Positions 37,388 through 49,702 of a DNA stretch of 64,000 nt are shown here, one piece after another. The position numbers were made by a program, and so were the translations under genes. How positions within the stretch are numbered: the stretch's first letter is position 1; each line of letters opens with the position of its first letter. The stretch is from Auanema rhodensis (Eukaryota > Animalia > Nematoda), in the NCBI GenBank assembly GCA_964057225.1, contig OZ059899.1:10416001-10480000 (forward strand), read 5' to 3'. The notes beneath the pieces were generated by a model, which was not told where the DNA came from, did no database searches, and saw only the letters and a list, made by a program, of their open reading frames with translations.

Positions 37388-40300
37388 TAAATTTTTTTCA
37401 TTTCACTTGTCATTTACAAAAATCAAATTTATCTTCTTCAACGATTATTTTTGCAATGTGTCATAAAAATTTCACAGTTGAACAAAACGTTTTTTAAGAA
37501 TTTTTTTTGTTGTCAACATATATATTTTCCTGGAATTCGAAAGCATTTGGGATGGAAATTAGAAAGAAAAGAACTAGTTTTTCCTATTTTAAAACAAACA
37601 AAAAAAAATAAAATGAAAAAGATTGTTAGATATCCAATTTAAACTTATACATTTACTTCGATAAAGAGCCTATTAGTTTGAAATTTTATGTCTTACAGTT
37701 CTCCAACAGAACAGACTGATCCTGATTTCTCTATGATTACATAAAACTCTCGTTTGATATAAAAAAAGAAGAGGAATAACGTTTCCAGGATGTCAATGAT
37801 ATCGAATCTAGTGATATTGTAAAAAAATGTAATGTCAGCTCCATAGGTTTTCTCTTAATTTCTCTCATCACAATTGTCTTAGTTTTTTTTCTCATAAGAG
37901 TTTCTGAAATTTTAGGTGAACAAGGCCGTATATATTTTTTTCTGGAATTCGAAAGCATTTGGGATGGAAATTAGAAAGAAAAGAACTAGTTTTTCCTACT
38001 TTAAAACAAACAATAAGAAATAAAATAAAAAAGATTGTTAGATATCCAATTTAAACTTATACATTTACTTCGATAAAGAGCCTATTAGTTTGAAATTTTA
38101 TGTCTTACAGTTCTCCAACAGAACAGACTGATCCTGATTTCTCTATGATTACATAAAACTCTCGTTTGATATAAAAAAAGAAGAGGAATAACGTTTCCAG
38201 GATGTCAATGATATCGAATCTAGTGATATTGTAAAAAAATGTAATGTCAGCTCCATAGGTTTTCTCTTAATTTCTCTCATCACAATTGTCTTAGTTTTTT
38301 TTCTCATAAGAGTTTCTGAAATTTTAGGTGAACAAGGCCGTATATATTTTTTTCTGGAATTCGAAAGCATTTGGGATGGAAGTTAGAAAGAAAAGAACTA
38401 GTTTTTCCTACTTTAAAACAAACAATAAGAAATAAAATAAAAAAGATTGTTAGATATCCAATTTAAACTTATACATTTACTTCGATAAAGAGCCTATTAG
38501 TTTGAAATTTTATGTCTTACAGTTCTCCAACAGAACAGACTGATCCTGATTTCTCTATGATTACATAAAACTCTCGTTTGATATACAAAAAGGAGAGGAA
38601 TAACGTTTCCAGGATATCAATGATATCGAATCTAGTGATATTGTAGAAAAATGTAATGTCAGCTTCATAGTTTTTCTCTTAATTTCTCTCAACACAATTG
38701 TCTTAGTTTTTTTCTCATAAGAGTTTCTGAAATCTTAGGTGAACAAGGCCGTATATATTTTTTTCTGGAATTCGAAAGCATTTGGGATGGAAATTAGAAA
38801 GAAAAGAACTAGTTTTTCCTACTTTAAAACAAACAATAAGAAATAAAATAAAAAAGATTGTTAGATATCCAATTTAAACTTATACATTTACTTCGATAAA
38901 GAGCCTATTAGTTTGAAATTTTATGTCTTACAGTTCTCCAACAGAACAGACTGATCCTGATTTCTCTATGATTACATAAAACTCTCGTTTGATATAAAAA
39001 AAGAAGAGGAATAACGTTTCCAGGATGTCAATGATATCGAATCTAGTGATATTGTAGAAAAATGTAATGTCAGCTCCATAGGTTTTCTCTTAATTTCTCT
39101 CATCACAATTGTCTTAGTTTTTTTCTCATAAGAGTTTCTGAAATCTTAGGTGAACAAGGCCGTATATATTTTTTTCTGGAATTCGAAAGCATTTGGGATG
39201 GAAATTAGAAAGAAAAGAACTAGTTTTTCCTACTTTAAAACAAACAATAAGAAATAAAATAAAAAAGATTGTTAGATATCCAATTTAAACTTATACATTT
39301 ACTTCGATAAAGAGCCTATTAGTTTGAAATTTTATGTCTTACAGTTCTCCAACAGAACAGACTGATCCTGATTTCTCTATGATTATATAAAACTCTCGTT
39401 TGATATAAAAAAAGAAGAGGAATAACGTTTCCAGGATGTCAATGATATCGAATCTAGTGATATTGTAGAAAAATGTAATGTCAGCTCCATAGGTTTTCTC
39501 TTAATTTCTCTCAACACAATTGTCTTAGTTTTTTTCTCATAAGAGTTTCTGAAATCTTAGGTGAACAAGGCCGTATATATTTTTTTCTGGAATTCGAAAG
39601 CATTTGGGATGGAAATTAGAAAGAAAAGAACTAGTTTTTCCTACTTTAAAACAAACAATAAGAAATAAAATAAAAAAGATTGTTAGATATCCAATTTAAA
39701 CTTATACATTTACTTCAATAAAGAGCCTATTAGTTTGAAATTTTATGTCTTACAGTTCTCCAACAGAACAGACTGATCCTGATTTCTCTATGATTACATA
39801 AAACTCTCGTTTGATATAAAAAAAGAAGAGGAATAACGTTTCCAGGATGTCAATGATATCGAATCTAGTGATATTGTGAAAAAATGTAATGTCAGCTCCA
39901 TAGGTTTTCTCTTAATTTCTCTCATCACAATTGTCTTAGTTTTTTTTCTCATAAGAGTTTCTGAAATCTTAGGTGAACAAGGCCGTATATATTTTTTTCT
40001 GGAATTCGAAAGCATTTGGGATGGAAATTAGAAAGAAAAGAACTAGTTTTTCCTACTTTAAAACAAACAATAAGAAATAAAATAAAAAAGATTGTTAGAT
40101 ATCCAATTTAAACTTATACATTTACTTCGATAAAGAGCCTATTAGTTTCAAATTCTATGTCTTACAGTTCTCCAACAGAACAGACTGATCCTGAATTCTC
40201 TATGATTATATAAAACTCTCGTTTGATATAAAAAAAGAAGAGGAATAACGTTTCCAGGATGTCAATGATATCGAATCTAGTGATATTGTAGAAAAATGTA

Positions 40301-41289
40301 ATGTCAGCTCCATAGGTTTTCTCTTAATTTCTCTTATCACAATTGTCTTAGTTTTTTTTCTCATAAGAGTTTCTGAAATCTTAGGTGAACAAAGCCGTAT
40401 ATATTTTTTTCTGGAATTCGAAAGCATTTGGGATGGATATTAGAAGGAAAAGAACTAGTTTTTCCTACTTTAAAACAAACAATAAGAAATAAAATAAAAA
40501 AGATTGTTAGATATCCAATTTAAACTTATACATTTACTTTGATAAAGAGCCTATTAGTTTGAAATTTTATGTCTTACAGTTCTCCAACAGAACAGACTGA
40601 TCCTGATTTCTCTATGATTACATAAAACTCTCGTTTGATATAAAAAAAGAAGAGGAATAACGTTTCCAGGATGTCAATGATATCGAATCTAGTGATATTG
40701 TAGAAAAATGTAATGTCAGCTCCATAGGTTTTCTCTTAATTTCTCTCATCACAATTGTCTTAGTTTTTTTTCTCATTAGAGTTTCTGAAATCTTAGGTGA
40801 ACAAGGCCGTATATATTTTTTTCTGGAATTCGAAAACATTTGGGATGGACATTAGAAGAAAAAGAACTAGTTTTTCCTACTTTAAAACAAACAAAAAAAA
40901 ATAAAATGAAAAAGATTGTTAGATATCCAATTTAAACTTATACATTTACTTCGATAAAGAGCCTATTAGTTTGAAATTTTATGTCTTACAGTTCTCCAAC
41001 AGAACAGACTGATCCTGATTTCTCTATGATTACATAAAACTCTCGTTTGATATAAAAAAAGAAGAGGAATAACGTTTCCAGGATGTCAATGATATCGAAT
41101 CTAGTGATATTGTAAAAAAATGTAATGTCAGCTCCATAAGTTTTCTCTTAATTTCTCTCATCACAATTGTCTTAGTTTTTTTTCTCATAAGAGTTTCTTG
41201 TCAGCTCCATAGGTTTTCTCTTAATTTCTCTCATCACAATAGTCTTAGTTTTTTTTCTCATAAGAGTTTCTGAAATCCTAGTTGAACAA

Positions 41290-41362
41290 GGCCGCGTGGC
41301 GCAATGGATAACGCGTCTGCCTACGGAGCAGAAGATTGTAGGTTCGAATCCTGCCGTGGTCG
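41290..41362 (+). tRNA. tRNA-Arg(ACG), copy 18
   Basis: Identical to copy 1; trailer TCAA instead of TAAA. Confidence 0.96.
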
Positions 41363-44300
41363 TCAATTTTTTTCATTTCACTTGTCATTTACAAAAATCA
41401 AATTTATCTTCTTCAACGATTATTTTTGCAATGTGTCATAAAAATTTCACAGTTGAACAAAACGTTTTTTAAGAATTTTTTTTGTTGTCAACATATATAT
41501 TTTCCTGGAATTCGAAAGCATTTGGGATGGAAATTAGAAAGAAAAGAACTAGTTTTTCCTATTTTAAAACAAACAATAAGAAATAAAATAAAAAAGATTG
41601 TTAGATATCCAATTTAAACTTATACATTTACTTCGATAAAGAGCCTATTAGTTTGAAATTTTATGTCTTACAGTTCTCCAACAGAACAGACTGATCCTGA
41701 TTTCTCTATGATTACATAAAACTCTCGTTTGATATAAAAAAAGAAGAGGAATAACGTTTCCAGGATGTCAATGATATCGAATCTAGTGATATTGTAAAAA
41801 AATGTAATGTCAGCTCCATAGGTTTTCTCTTAATTTCTCTCATCACAATTGTCTTAGTTTTTTTTCTCATAAGAGTTTCTGAAATTTTAGGTGAACAAGG
41901 CCGTATATATTTTTTTCTGGAATTCGAAAGCATTTGGGATGGAAGTTAGAAAGAAAAGAACTAGTTTTTCCTACTTTAAAACAAACAATAAGAAATAAAA
42001 TAAAAAAGATTGTTAGATATCCAATTTAAACTTATACATTTACTTCGATAAAGAGCCTATTAGTTTGAAATTTTATGTCTTACAGTTCTCCAACAGAACA
42101 GACTGATCCTGATTTCTCTATGATTACATAAAACTCTCGTTTGATATACAAAAAGGAGAGGAATAACGTTTCCAGGATATCAATGATATCGAATCTAGTG
42201 ATATTGTAGAAAAATGTAATGTCAGCTTCATAGTTTTTCTCTTAATTTCTCTCAACACAATTGTCTTAGTTTTTTTCTCATAAGAGTTTCTGAAATCTTA
42301 GGTGAACAAGGCCGTATATATTTTTTTCTGGAATTCGAAAGCATTTGGGATGGAAATTAGAAAGAAAAGAACTAGTTTTTCCTACTTTAAAACAAACAAT
42401 AAGAAATAAAATAAAAAAGATTGTTAGATATCCAATTTAAACTTATACATTTACTTCGATAAAGAGCCTATTAGTTTGAAATTTTATGTCTTACAGTTCT
42501 CCAACAGAACAGACTGATCCTGATTTCTCTATGATTACATAAAACTCTCGTTTGATATAAAAAAAGAAGAGGAATAACGTTTCCAGGATGTCAATGATAT
42601 CGAATCTAGTGATATTGTAGAAAAATGTAATGTCAGCTCCATAGGTTTTCTCTTAATTTCTCTCATCACAATTGTCTTAGTTTTTTTCTCATAAGAGTTT
42701 CTGAAATCTTAGGTGAACAAGGCCGTATATATTTTTTTCTGGAATTCGAAAGCATTTGGGATGGAAATTAGAAAGAAAAGAACTAGTTTTTCCTACTTTA
42801 AAACAAACAATAAGAAATAAAATAAAAAAGATTGTTAGATATCCAATTTAAACTTATACATTTACTTCGATAAAGAGCCTATTAGTTTGAAATTTTATGT
42901 CTTACAGTTCTCCAACAGAACAGACTGATCCTGATTTCTCTATGATTATATAAAACTCTCGTTTGATATAAAAAAAGAAGAGGAATAACGTTTCCAGGAT
43001 GTCAATGATATCGAATCTAGTGATATTGTAGAAAAATGTAATGTCAGCTCCATAGGTTTTCTCTTAATTTCTCTCAACACAATTGTCTTAGTTTTTTTCT
43101 CATAAGAGTTTCTGAAATCTTAGGTGAACAAGGCCGTATATATTTTTTTCTGGAATTCGAAAGCATTTGGGATGGAAATTAGAAAGAAAAGAACTAGTTT
43201 TTCCTACTTTAAAACAAACAATAAGAAATAAAATAAAAAAGATTGTTAGATATCCAATTTAAACTTATACATTTACTTCAATAAAGAGCCTATTAGTTTG
43301 AAATTTTATGTCTTACAGTTCTCCAACAGAACAGACTGATCCTGATTTCTCTATGATTACATAAAACTCTCGTTTGATATAAAAAAAGAAGAGGAATAAC
43401 GTTTCCAGGATGTCAATGATATCGAATCTAGTGATATTGTGAAAAAATGTAATGTCAGCTCCATAGGTTTTCTCTTAATTTCTCTCATCACAATTGTCTT
43501 AGTTTTTTTTCTCATAAGAGTTTCTGAAATCTTAGGTGAACAAGGCCGTATATATTTTTTTCTGGAATTCGAAAGCATTTGGGATGGAAATTAGAAAGAA
43601 AAGAACTAGTTTTTCCTACTTTAAAACAAACAATAAGAAATAAAATAAAAAAGATTGTTAGATATCCAATTTAAACTTATACATTTACTTCGATAAAGAG
43701 CCTATTAGTTTCAAATTCTATGTCTTACAGTTCTCCAACAGAACAGACTGATCCTGAATTCTCTATGATTATATAAAACTCTCGTTTGATATAAAAAAAG
43801 AAGAGGAATAACGTTTCCAGGATGTCAATGATATCGAATCTAGTGATATTGTAGAAAAATGTAATGTCAGCTCCATAGGTTTTCTCTTAATTTCTCTTAT
43901 CACAATTGTCTTAGTTTTTTTTCTCATAAGAGTTTCTGAAATCTTAGGTGAACAAAGCCGTATATATTTTTTTCTGGAATTCGAAAGCATTTGGGATGGA
44001 TATTAGAAGGAAAAGAACTAGTTTTTCCTACTTTAAAACAAACAATAAGAAATAAAATAAAAAAGATTGTTAGATATCCAATTTAAACTTATACATTTAC
44101 TTTGATAAAGAGCCTATTAGTTTGAAATTTTATGTCTTACAGTTCTCCAACAGAACAGACTGATCCTGATTTCTCTATGATTACATAAAACTCTCGTTTG
44201 ATATAAAAAAAGAAGAGGAATAACGTTTCCAGGATGTCAATGATATCGAATCTAGTGATATTGTAGAAAAATGTAATGTCAGCTCCATAGGTTTTCTCTT

Positions 44301-44852
44301 AATTTCTCTCATCACAATTGTCTTAGTTTTTTTTCTCATTAGAGTTTCTGAAATCTTAGGTGAACAAGGCCGTATATATTTTTTTCTGGAATTCGAAAAC
44401 ATTTGGGATGGACATTAGAAGAAAAAGAACTAGTTTTTCCTACTTTAAAACAAACAAAAAAAAATAAAATGAAAAAGATTGTTAGATATCCAATTTAAAC
44501 TTATACATTTACTTCGATAAAGAGCCTATTAGTTTGAAATTTTATGTCTTACAGTTCTCCAACAGAACAGACTGATCCTGATTTCTCTATGATTACATAA
44601 AACTCTCGTTTGATATAAAAAAAGAAGAGGAATAACGTTTCCAGGATGTCAATGATATCGAATCTAGTGATATTGTAAAAAAATGTAATGTCAGCTCCAT
44701 AAGTTTTCTCTTAATTTCTCTCATCACAATTGTCTTAGTTTTTTTTCTCATAAGAGTTTCTTGTCAGCTCCATAGGTTTTCTCTTAATTTCTCTCATCAC
44801 AATAGTCTTAGTTTTTTTTCTCATAAGAGTTTCTGAAATCCTAGTTGAACAA

Positions 44853-44925
44853 GGCCGCGTGGCGCAATGGATAACGCGTCTGCCTACGGAGCAGAAGATT
44901 GTAGGTTCGAATCCTGCCGTGGTCG
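44853..44925 (+). tRNA. tRNA-Arg(ACG), copy 19
   Basis: Identical to copy 1; trailer TCAA. Confidence 0.96.
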
Positions 44926-45534
44926 TCAATTTTTTTCATTTCACTTGTCATTTACAAAAATCAAATTTATCTTCTTCAACGATTATTTTTGCAATGTGTC
45001 ATAAAAATTTCACAGTTGAACAAAACGTTTTTTAAGAATTTTTTTTGTTGTCAACATATATATTTTCCTGGAATTCGAAAGCATTTGGGATGGAAATTAG
45101 AAAGAAAAGAACTAGTTTTTCCTATTTTAAAACAAACAAAAAAAAATAAAATGAAAAAGATTGTTAGATATCCAATTTAAACTTATACATTTACTTCGAT
45201 GAAGAGCCTATTAGTTTGAAATTTTATGTCTTACAGTTCTCCAACAGAACAGACTGATCCTGATTTCACTATGATTACATAAAACTCTCGTTTGATATAA
45301 AAAAAGAAGAGGAATAACGTTTCCAGGATGTCAATGATATCGAATCTAGTGATATTGTAAAAAAATGTAATGTCAGCTCCATAAGTTTTCTCTTAATTTC
45401 TCTCATCACAATTGTCTTAGTTTTTTTTCTCATAAGAGTTTCTTGTCAGCTCCATAGGTTTTCTCTTAATTTCTCTCATCACAATAGTCTTAGTTTTTTT
45501 TCTCATAAGAGTTTCTGAAATCCTAGTTGAACAA

Positions 45535-45607
45535 GGCCGCGTGGCGCAATGGATAACGCGTCTGCCTACGGAGCAGAAGATTGTAGGTTCGAATCCTGCC
45601 GTGGTCG
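45535..45607 (+). tRNA. tRNA-Arg(ACG), copy 20
   Basis: Identical to copy 1. Confidence 0.96.
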
Positions 45608-48199
45608 TAAATTTTTTTCATTTCACTTGTCATTTACAAAAATCAAATTTATCTTCTTCAACGATTATTTTTGCAATGTGTCATAAAAATTTCACAGTTG
45701 AACAAAACGTTTTTTAAGAATTTTTTTTGTTGTCAACATATATATTTTCCTGGAATTCGAAAGCATTTGGGATGGAAATTAGAAAGAAAAGAACTAGTTT
45801 TTCCTATTTTAAAACAAACAAAAAAAAATAAAATGAAAAAGATTGTTAGATATCCAATTTAAACTTAAACATTTACTTCGATAAAGAGCCTATTAGTTTG
45901 AAATTTTATGTCTTACAGTTCTCCAACAGAACAGACTGATCCTGATTTCTCTATGATTACATAAAACTCTCGTTTGATATAAAAAAAGAAGAGGAATAAC
46001 GTTTCCAGGATGTCAATGATATCGAATCTAGTGATATTGTAAAAAAATGTAATGTCAGCTCCATAGGTTTTCTCTTAATTTCTCTCATCACAATTGTCTT
46101 AGTTTTTTTTCTCATAAGAGTTTCTGAAATTTTAGGTGAACAAGGCCGTATATATTTTTTTCTGGAATTCGAAAGCATTTGGGATGGAAATTAGAAAGAA
46201 AAGAACTAGTTTTTCCTACTTCAAAACAAACAATAAGAAATAAAATAAAAAAGATTGTTAGATATCCAATTTAAACTTATACATTTACTTCGATAAAGAG
46301 CCTATTAGTTTGAAATTTTATGTCTTACAGTTCTCCAACAGAACAGACTGATCCTGATTTCTCTATGATTACATAAAACTCTCGTTTGATATAAAAAAAG
46401 AAGAGGAATAACGTTTCCAGGATGTCAATGATATCGAATCTAGTGATATTGTAGAAAAATGTAATGTCAGCTCCATAGGTTTTCTCTTAATTTCTCTCAT
46501 CACAATTGTCTTAGTTTTTTTCTCATAAGAGTTTCTGAAATCTTAGGTGAACAAGGCCGTATATATTTTTTTCTGGAATTCGAAAGCATTTGGGATGGAA
46601 ATTAGAAAGAAAAGAACTAGTTTTTCCTATTTTAAAACAAACAAAAAAAAATAAAATGAAAAAGATTGTTAGATATCCAATTTAAACTTAAACATTTACT
46701 TCGATAAAGAGCCTATTAGTTTGAAATTTTATGTCTTACAGTTCTCCAACAGAACAGACTGATCCTGATTTCTCTATGATTACATAAAACTCTCGTTTGA
46801 TATAAAAAAAGAAGAGGAATAACGTTTCCAGGATGTCAATGATATCGAATCTAGTGATATTGTAAAAAAATGTAATGTCAGCTCCATAGGTTTTCTCTTA
46901 ATTTCTCTCATCACAATTGTCTTAGTTTTTTTTCTCATAAGAGTTTCTGAAATTTTAGGTGAACAAGGCCGTATATATTTTTTTCTGGAATTCGAAAGCA
47001 TTTGGGATGGAAATTAGAAAGAAAAGAACTAGTTTTTCCTACTTCAAAACAAACAATAAGAAATAAAATAAAAAAGATTGTTAGATATCCAATTTAAACT
47101 TATACATTTACTTCGATAAAGAGCCTATTAGTTTGAAATTTTATGTCTTACAGTTCTCCAACAGAACAGACTGATCCTGATTTCTCTATGATTACATAAA
47201 ACTCTCGTTTGATATAAAAAAAGAAGAGGAATAACGTTTCCAGGATGTCAATGATATCGAATCTAGTGATATTGTAGAAAAATGTAATGTCAGCTCCATA
47301 GGTTTTCTCTTAATTTCTCTCATCACAATTGTCTTAGTTTTTTTCTCATAAGAGTTTCTGAAATCTTAGGTGAACAAGGCCGTATATATTTTTTTCTGGA
47401 ATTCGAAAGCATTTGGGATGGAAATTAGAAGGAAAAGAACTAGTTTTTCCTACTTTAAAACAAACAATAAGAAATAAAATAAAAAAGATTGTAAGATATC
47501 CAATTTAAACTTATACATTTACTTTGATAAAGAGAGTATTAGTTTGAAATTTTATGTCTTACAGTTCTCCAACAGAACAGACTGATCCTGATTTCTCTAT
47601 GATTACATAAAACTCTCGTTTGATATAAAAAAAGAAGAGGAATAACGTTTCCAGGATGTCAATGATATCGAATCTAGTGATATTGTAGAAAAATGTAATG
47701 TCAGCTCCATAGGTTTTCTCTTAATTTCTCTCATCACAATTGTCTTAGTTTTTTTTCTCATTAGAGTTTCTGAAATCTTAGGTGAACAAGGCCGTATATA
47801 TTTTTTTCTGGAATTCGAAAGCATTTGGGATGGACATTAGAAGGAAAAGAACTACTTTTTCCTACTTTAAAACAAACAATAAGAAATAAAATAAAAAAGA
47901 TTGTTAGATATCCAATTTAAACTTATACATTTACTTCGATAAAGAGCCTATTAGTTTGAAATTTTATGTCTTACAGTTCTCCAACAGAACAGACTGATCC
48001 TGATTTCTCTATGATTACATAAAACTCTCGTTTGATATACAAAAAGGAGAGGAATAACGTTTCCAGGATATCAATGATATCGAATCTAGTGATATTGTAG
48101 AAAAATGTAATGTCAGCTCCATAGTTTTTCTCTAAATTTCTCTCATCACAATAGTCTTATTTTTTTTTCATAAGAGTTTCTGAAATCTTAGTTGAACAA

Positions 48200-48272
48200 G
48201 GCCGCGTGGCGCAATGGATAACGCGTCTGCCTACGGAGCAGAAGATTGTAGATTCGAATCCTGCCGTGGTCG
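48200..48272 (+). tRNA. tRNA-Arg(ACG), copy 21; G53A variant, probable pseudogene
   Basis: GTAGATTCGAATCC instead of GTAGGTTCGAATCC (A at 48252). This breaks the invariant G53-C61 pair and the B box. Confidence 0.85.
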
Positions 48273-49629
48273 TAAATTTTTTTCATTTCACTTGTCATTT
48301 ACAAAAATCAAATTTATCTTCTTCAACGATTATTTTTGCAATGTGTCATAAAAATTTCACAGTTATACAAAACGTTTTTTAAGAATTTTTTTTGTTGTCA
48401 ACATATATATTTTCCTGGAATTCGAAAGCATTTGGATGGAAATTAGAAAGAAAAGAACTAGTTTTTCCTACTTTAAAACGAACAATAAGAAATAAAATAA
48501 AAAAGATTGTTAGATATCCAATTTAAACTTATACATTTACTTCGATAAAGAGCCTATTAGTTTGAAATTTTATGTCTTACAGTTCTCCAACAGAACAGAC
48601 TGATCCTGATTTTTCTATGATTACATAAAACTCTCGTTTGATATGAAAAAAGAAGAGGAATAACGTTTCCAGGATGTCAATGATATCGAATCTAGTGATA
48701 TTGTAAAAAAATGTAATGTCAGCTCCATAGGTTTTCTCTTAATTTCTCTCATCACAATTGTCTTAGTTTTTTTTCTCATAAGAGTTTCTGAAATCTTAGG
48801 TGAACAAGGCCGTATATATTTTTTTCTGGAATTCGAAAGCATTTGGGATGGAAATTAGAAGGAAAAGAACTAGTTTTTCCTACTTTAAAACAAACAATAA
48901 GAAATAAAATAAAAAAGATTGTAAGATATCCAATTTAAACTTATACATTTACTTTGATAAAGAGCCTATTAGTTTGAAATTTTATGTCTTACAGTTCTCC
49001 AACAGAACAGACTGATCCTGATTTCTCTATGATTACATAAAACTCTCGTTTGATATAAAAAAAAAAGAGGAATAACGTTTCCAGGATGTCAATGATATCG
49101 AATCTAGTGATATTGTAGAAAAATGTAATGTCAGCTCCATAGGTTTTCTCTTAATTTCTCTCATCACAATTGTCTTAGTTTTTTTTCTCATTAGAGTTTC
49201 TGAAATCTTAGGTGAACAAGGCCGTATATATTTTTTTCTGGAATTCGAAAGCATTTGGGATGGACATTAGAAGGAAAAGAACTAGTTTTTCCTACTTTAA
49301 AACAAACAATAAGAAATAAAATAAAAAAGATTGTTAGATATCCAATTTAAACTTATACATTTACTTCGATAAAGAGCCTATTAGTTTGAAATTTTATGTC
49401 TTACAGTTCTCCAACAGAACAGACTGATCCTGATTTCTCTATGATTACATAAAACTCTCGTTTGATATACAAAAAGGAGAGGAATAACGTTTCCAGGATA
49501 TCAATGATATCGAATCTAGTGATATTGTAGAAAAATGTAATGTCAGCTCCATAGTTTTTCTCTAAATTTCTCTCATCACAATAGTCTTATTTTTTTTTCA
49601 TAAGAGTTTCTGAAATCTTAGTTGAACAA

Positions 49630-49702
49630 GGCCGCGTGGCGCAATGGATAACGCGTCTGCCTACGGAGCAGAAGATTGTAGGTTCGAATCCTGCCGTGGT
49701 CG
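49630..49702 (+). tRNA. tRNA-Arg(ACG), copy 22
   Basis: Identical to copy 1. Confidence 0.96.

Larger units (their letters stand above)
38010..45135 (+). repeat. Tandem duplication of a 3563-bp block (8 monomers)
   Basis: Pairs 38149/41712, 39794/43357, 40206/43769 and 41290/44853 all differ by 3563. Private SNPs are GGAAGTTAG, CTTCAATAAAG, CTCTTATCAC and GTCGTCAATT. Confidence 0.9.
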
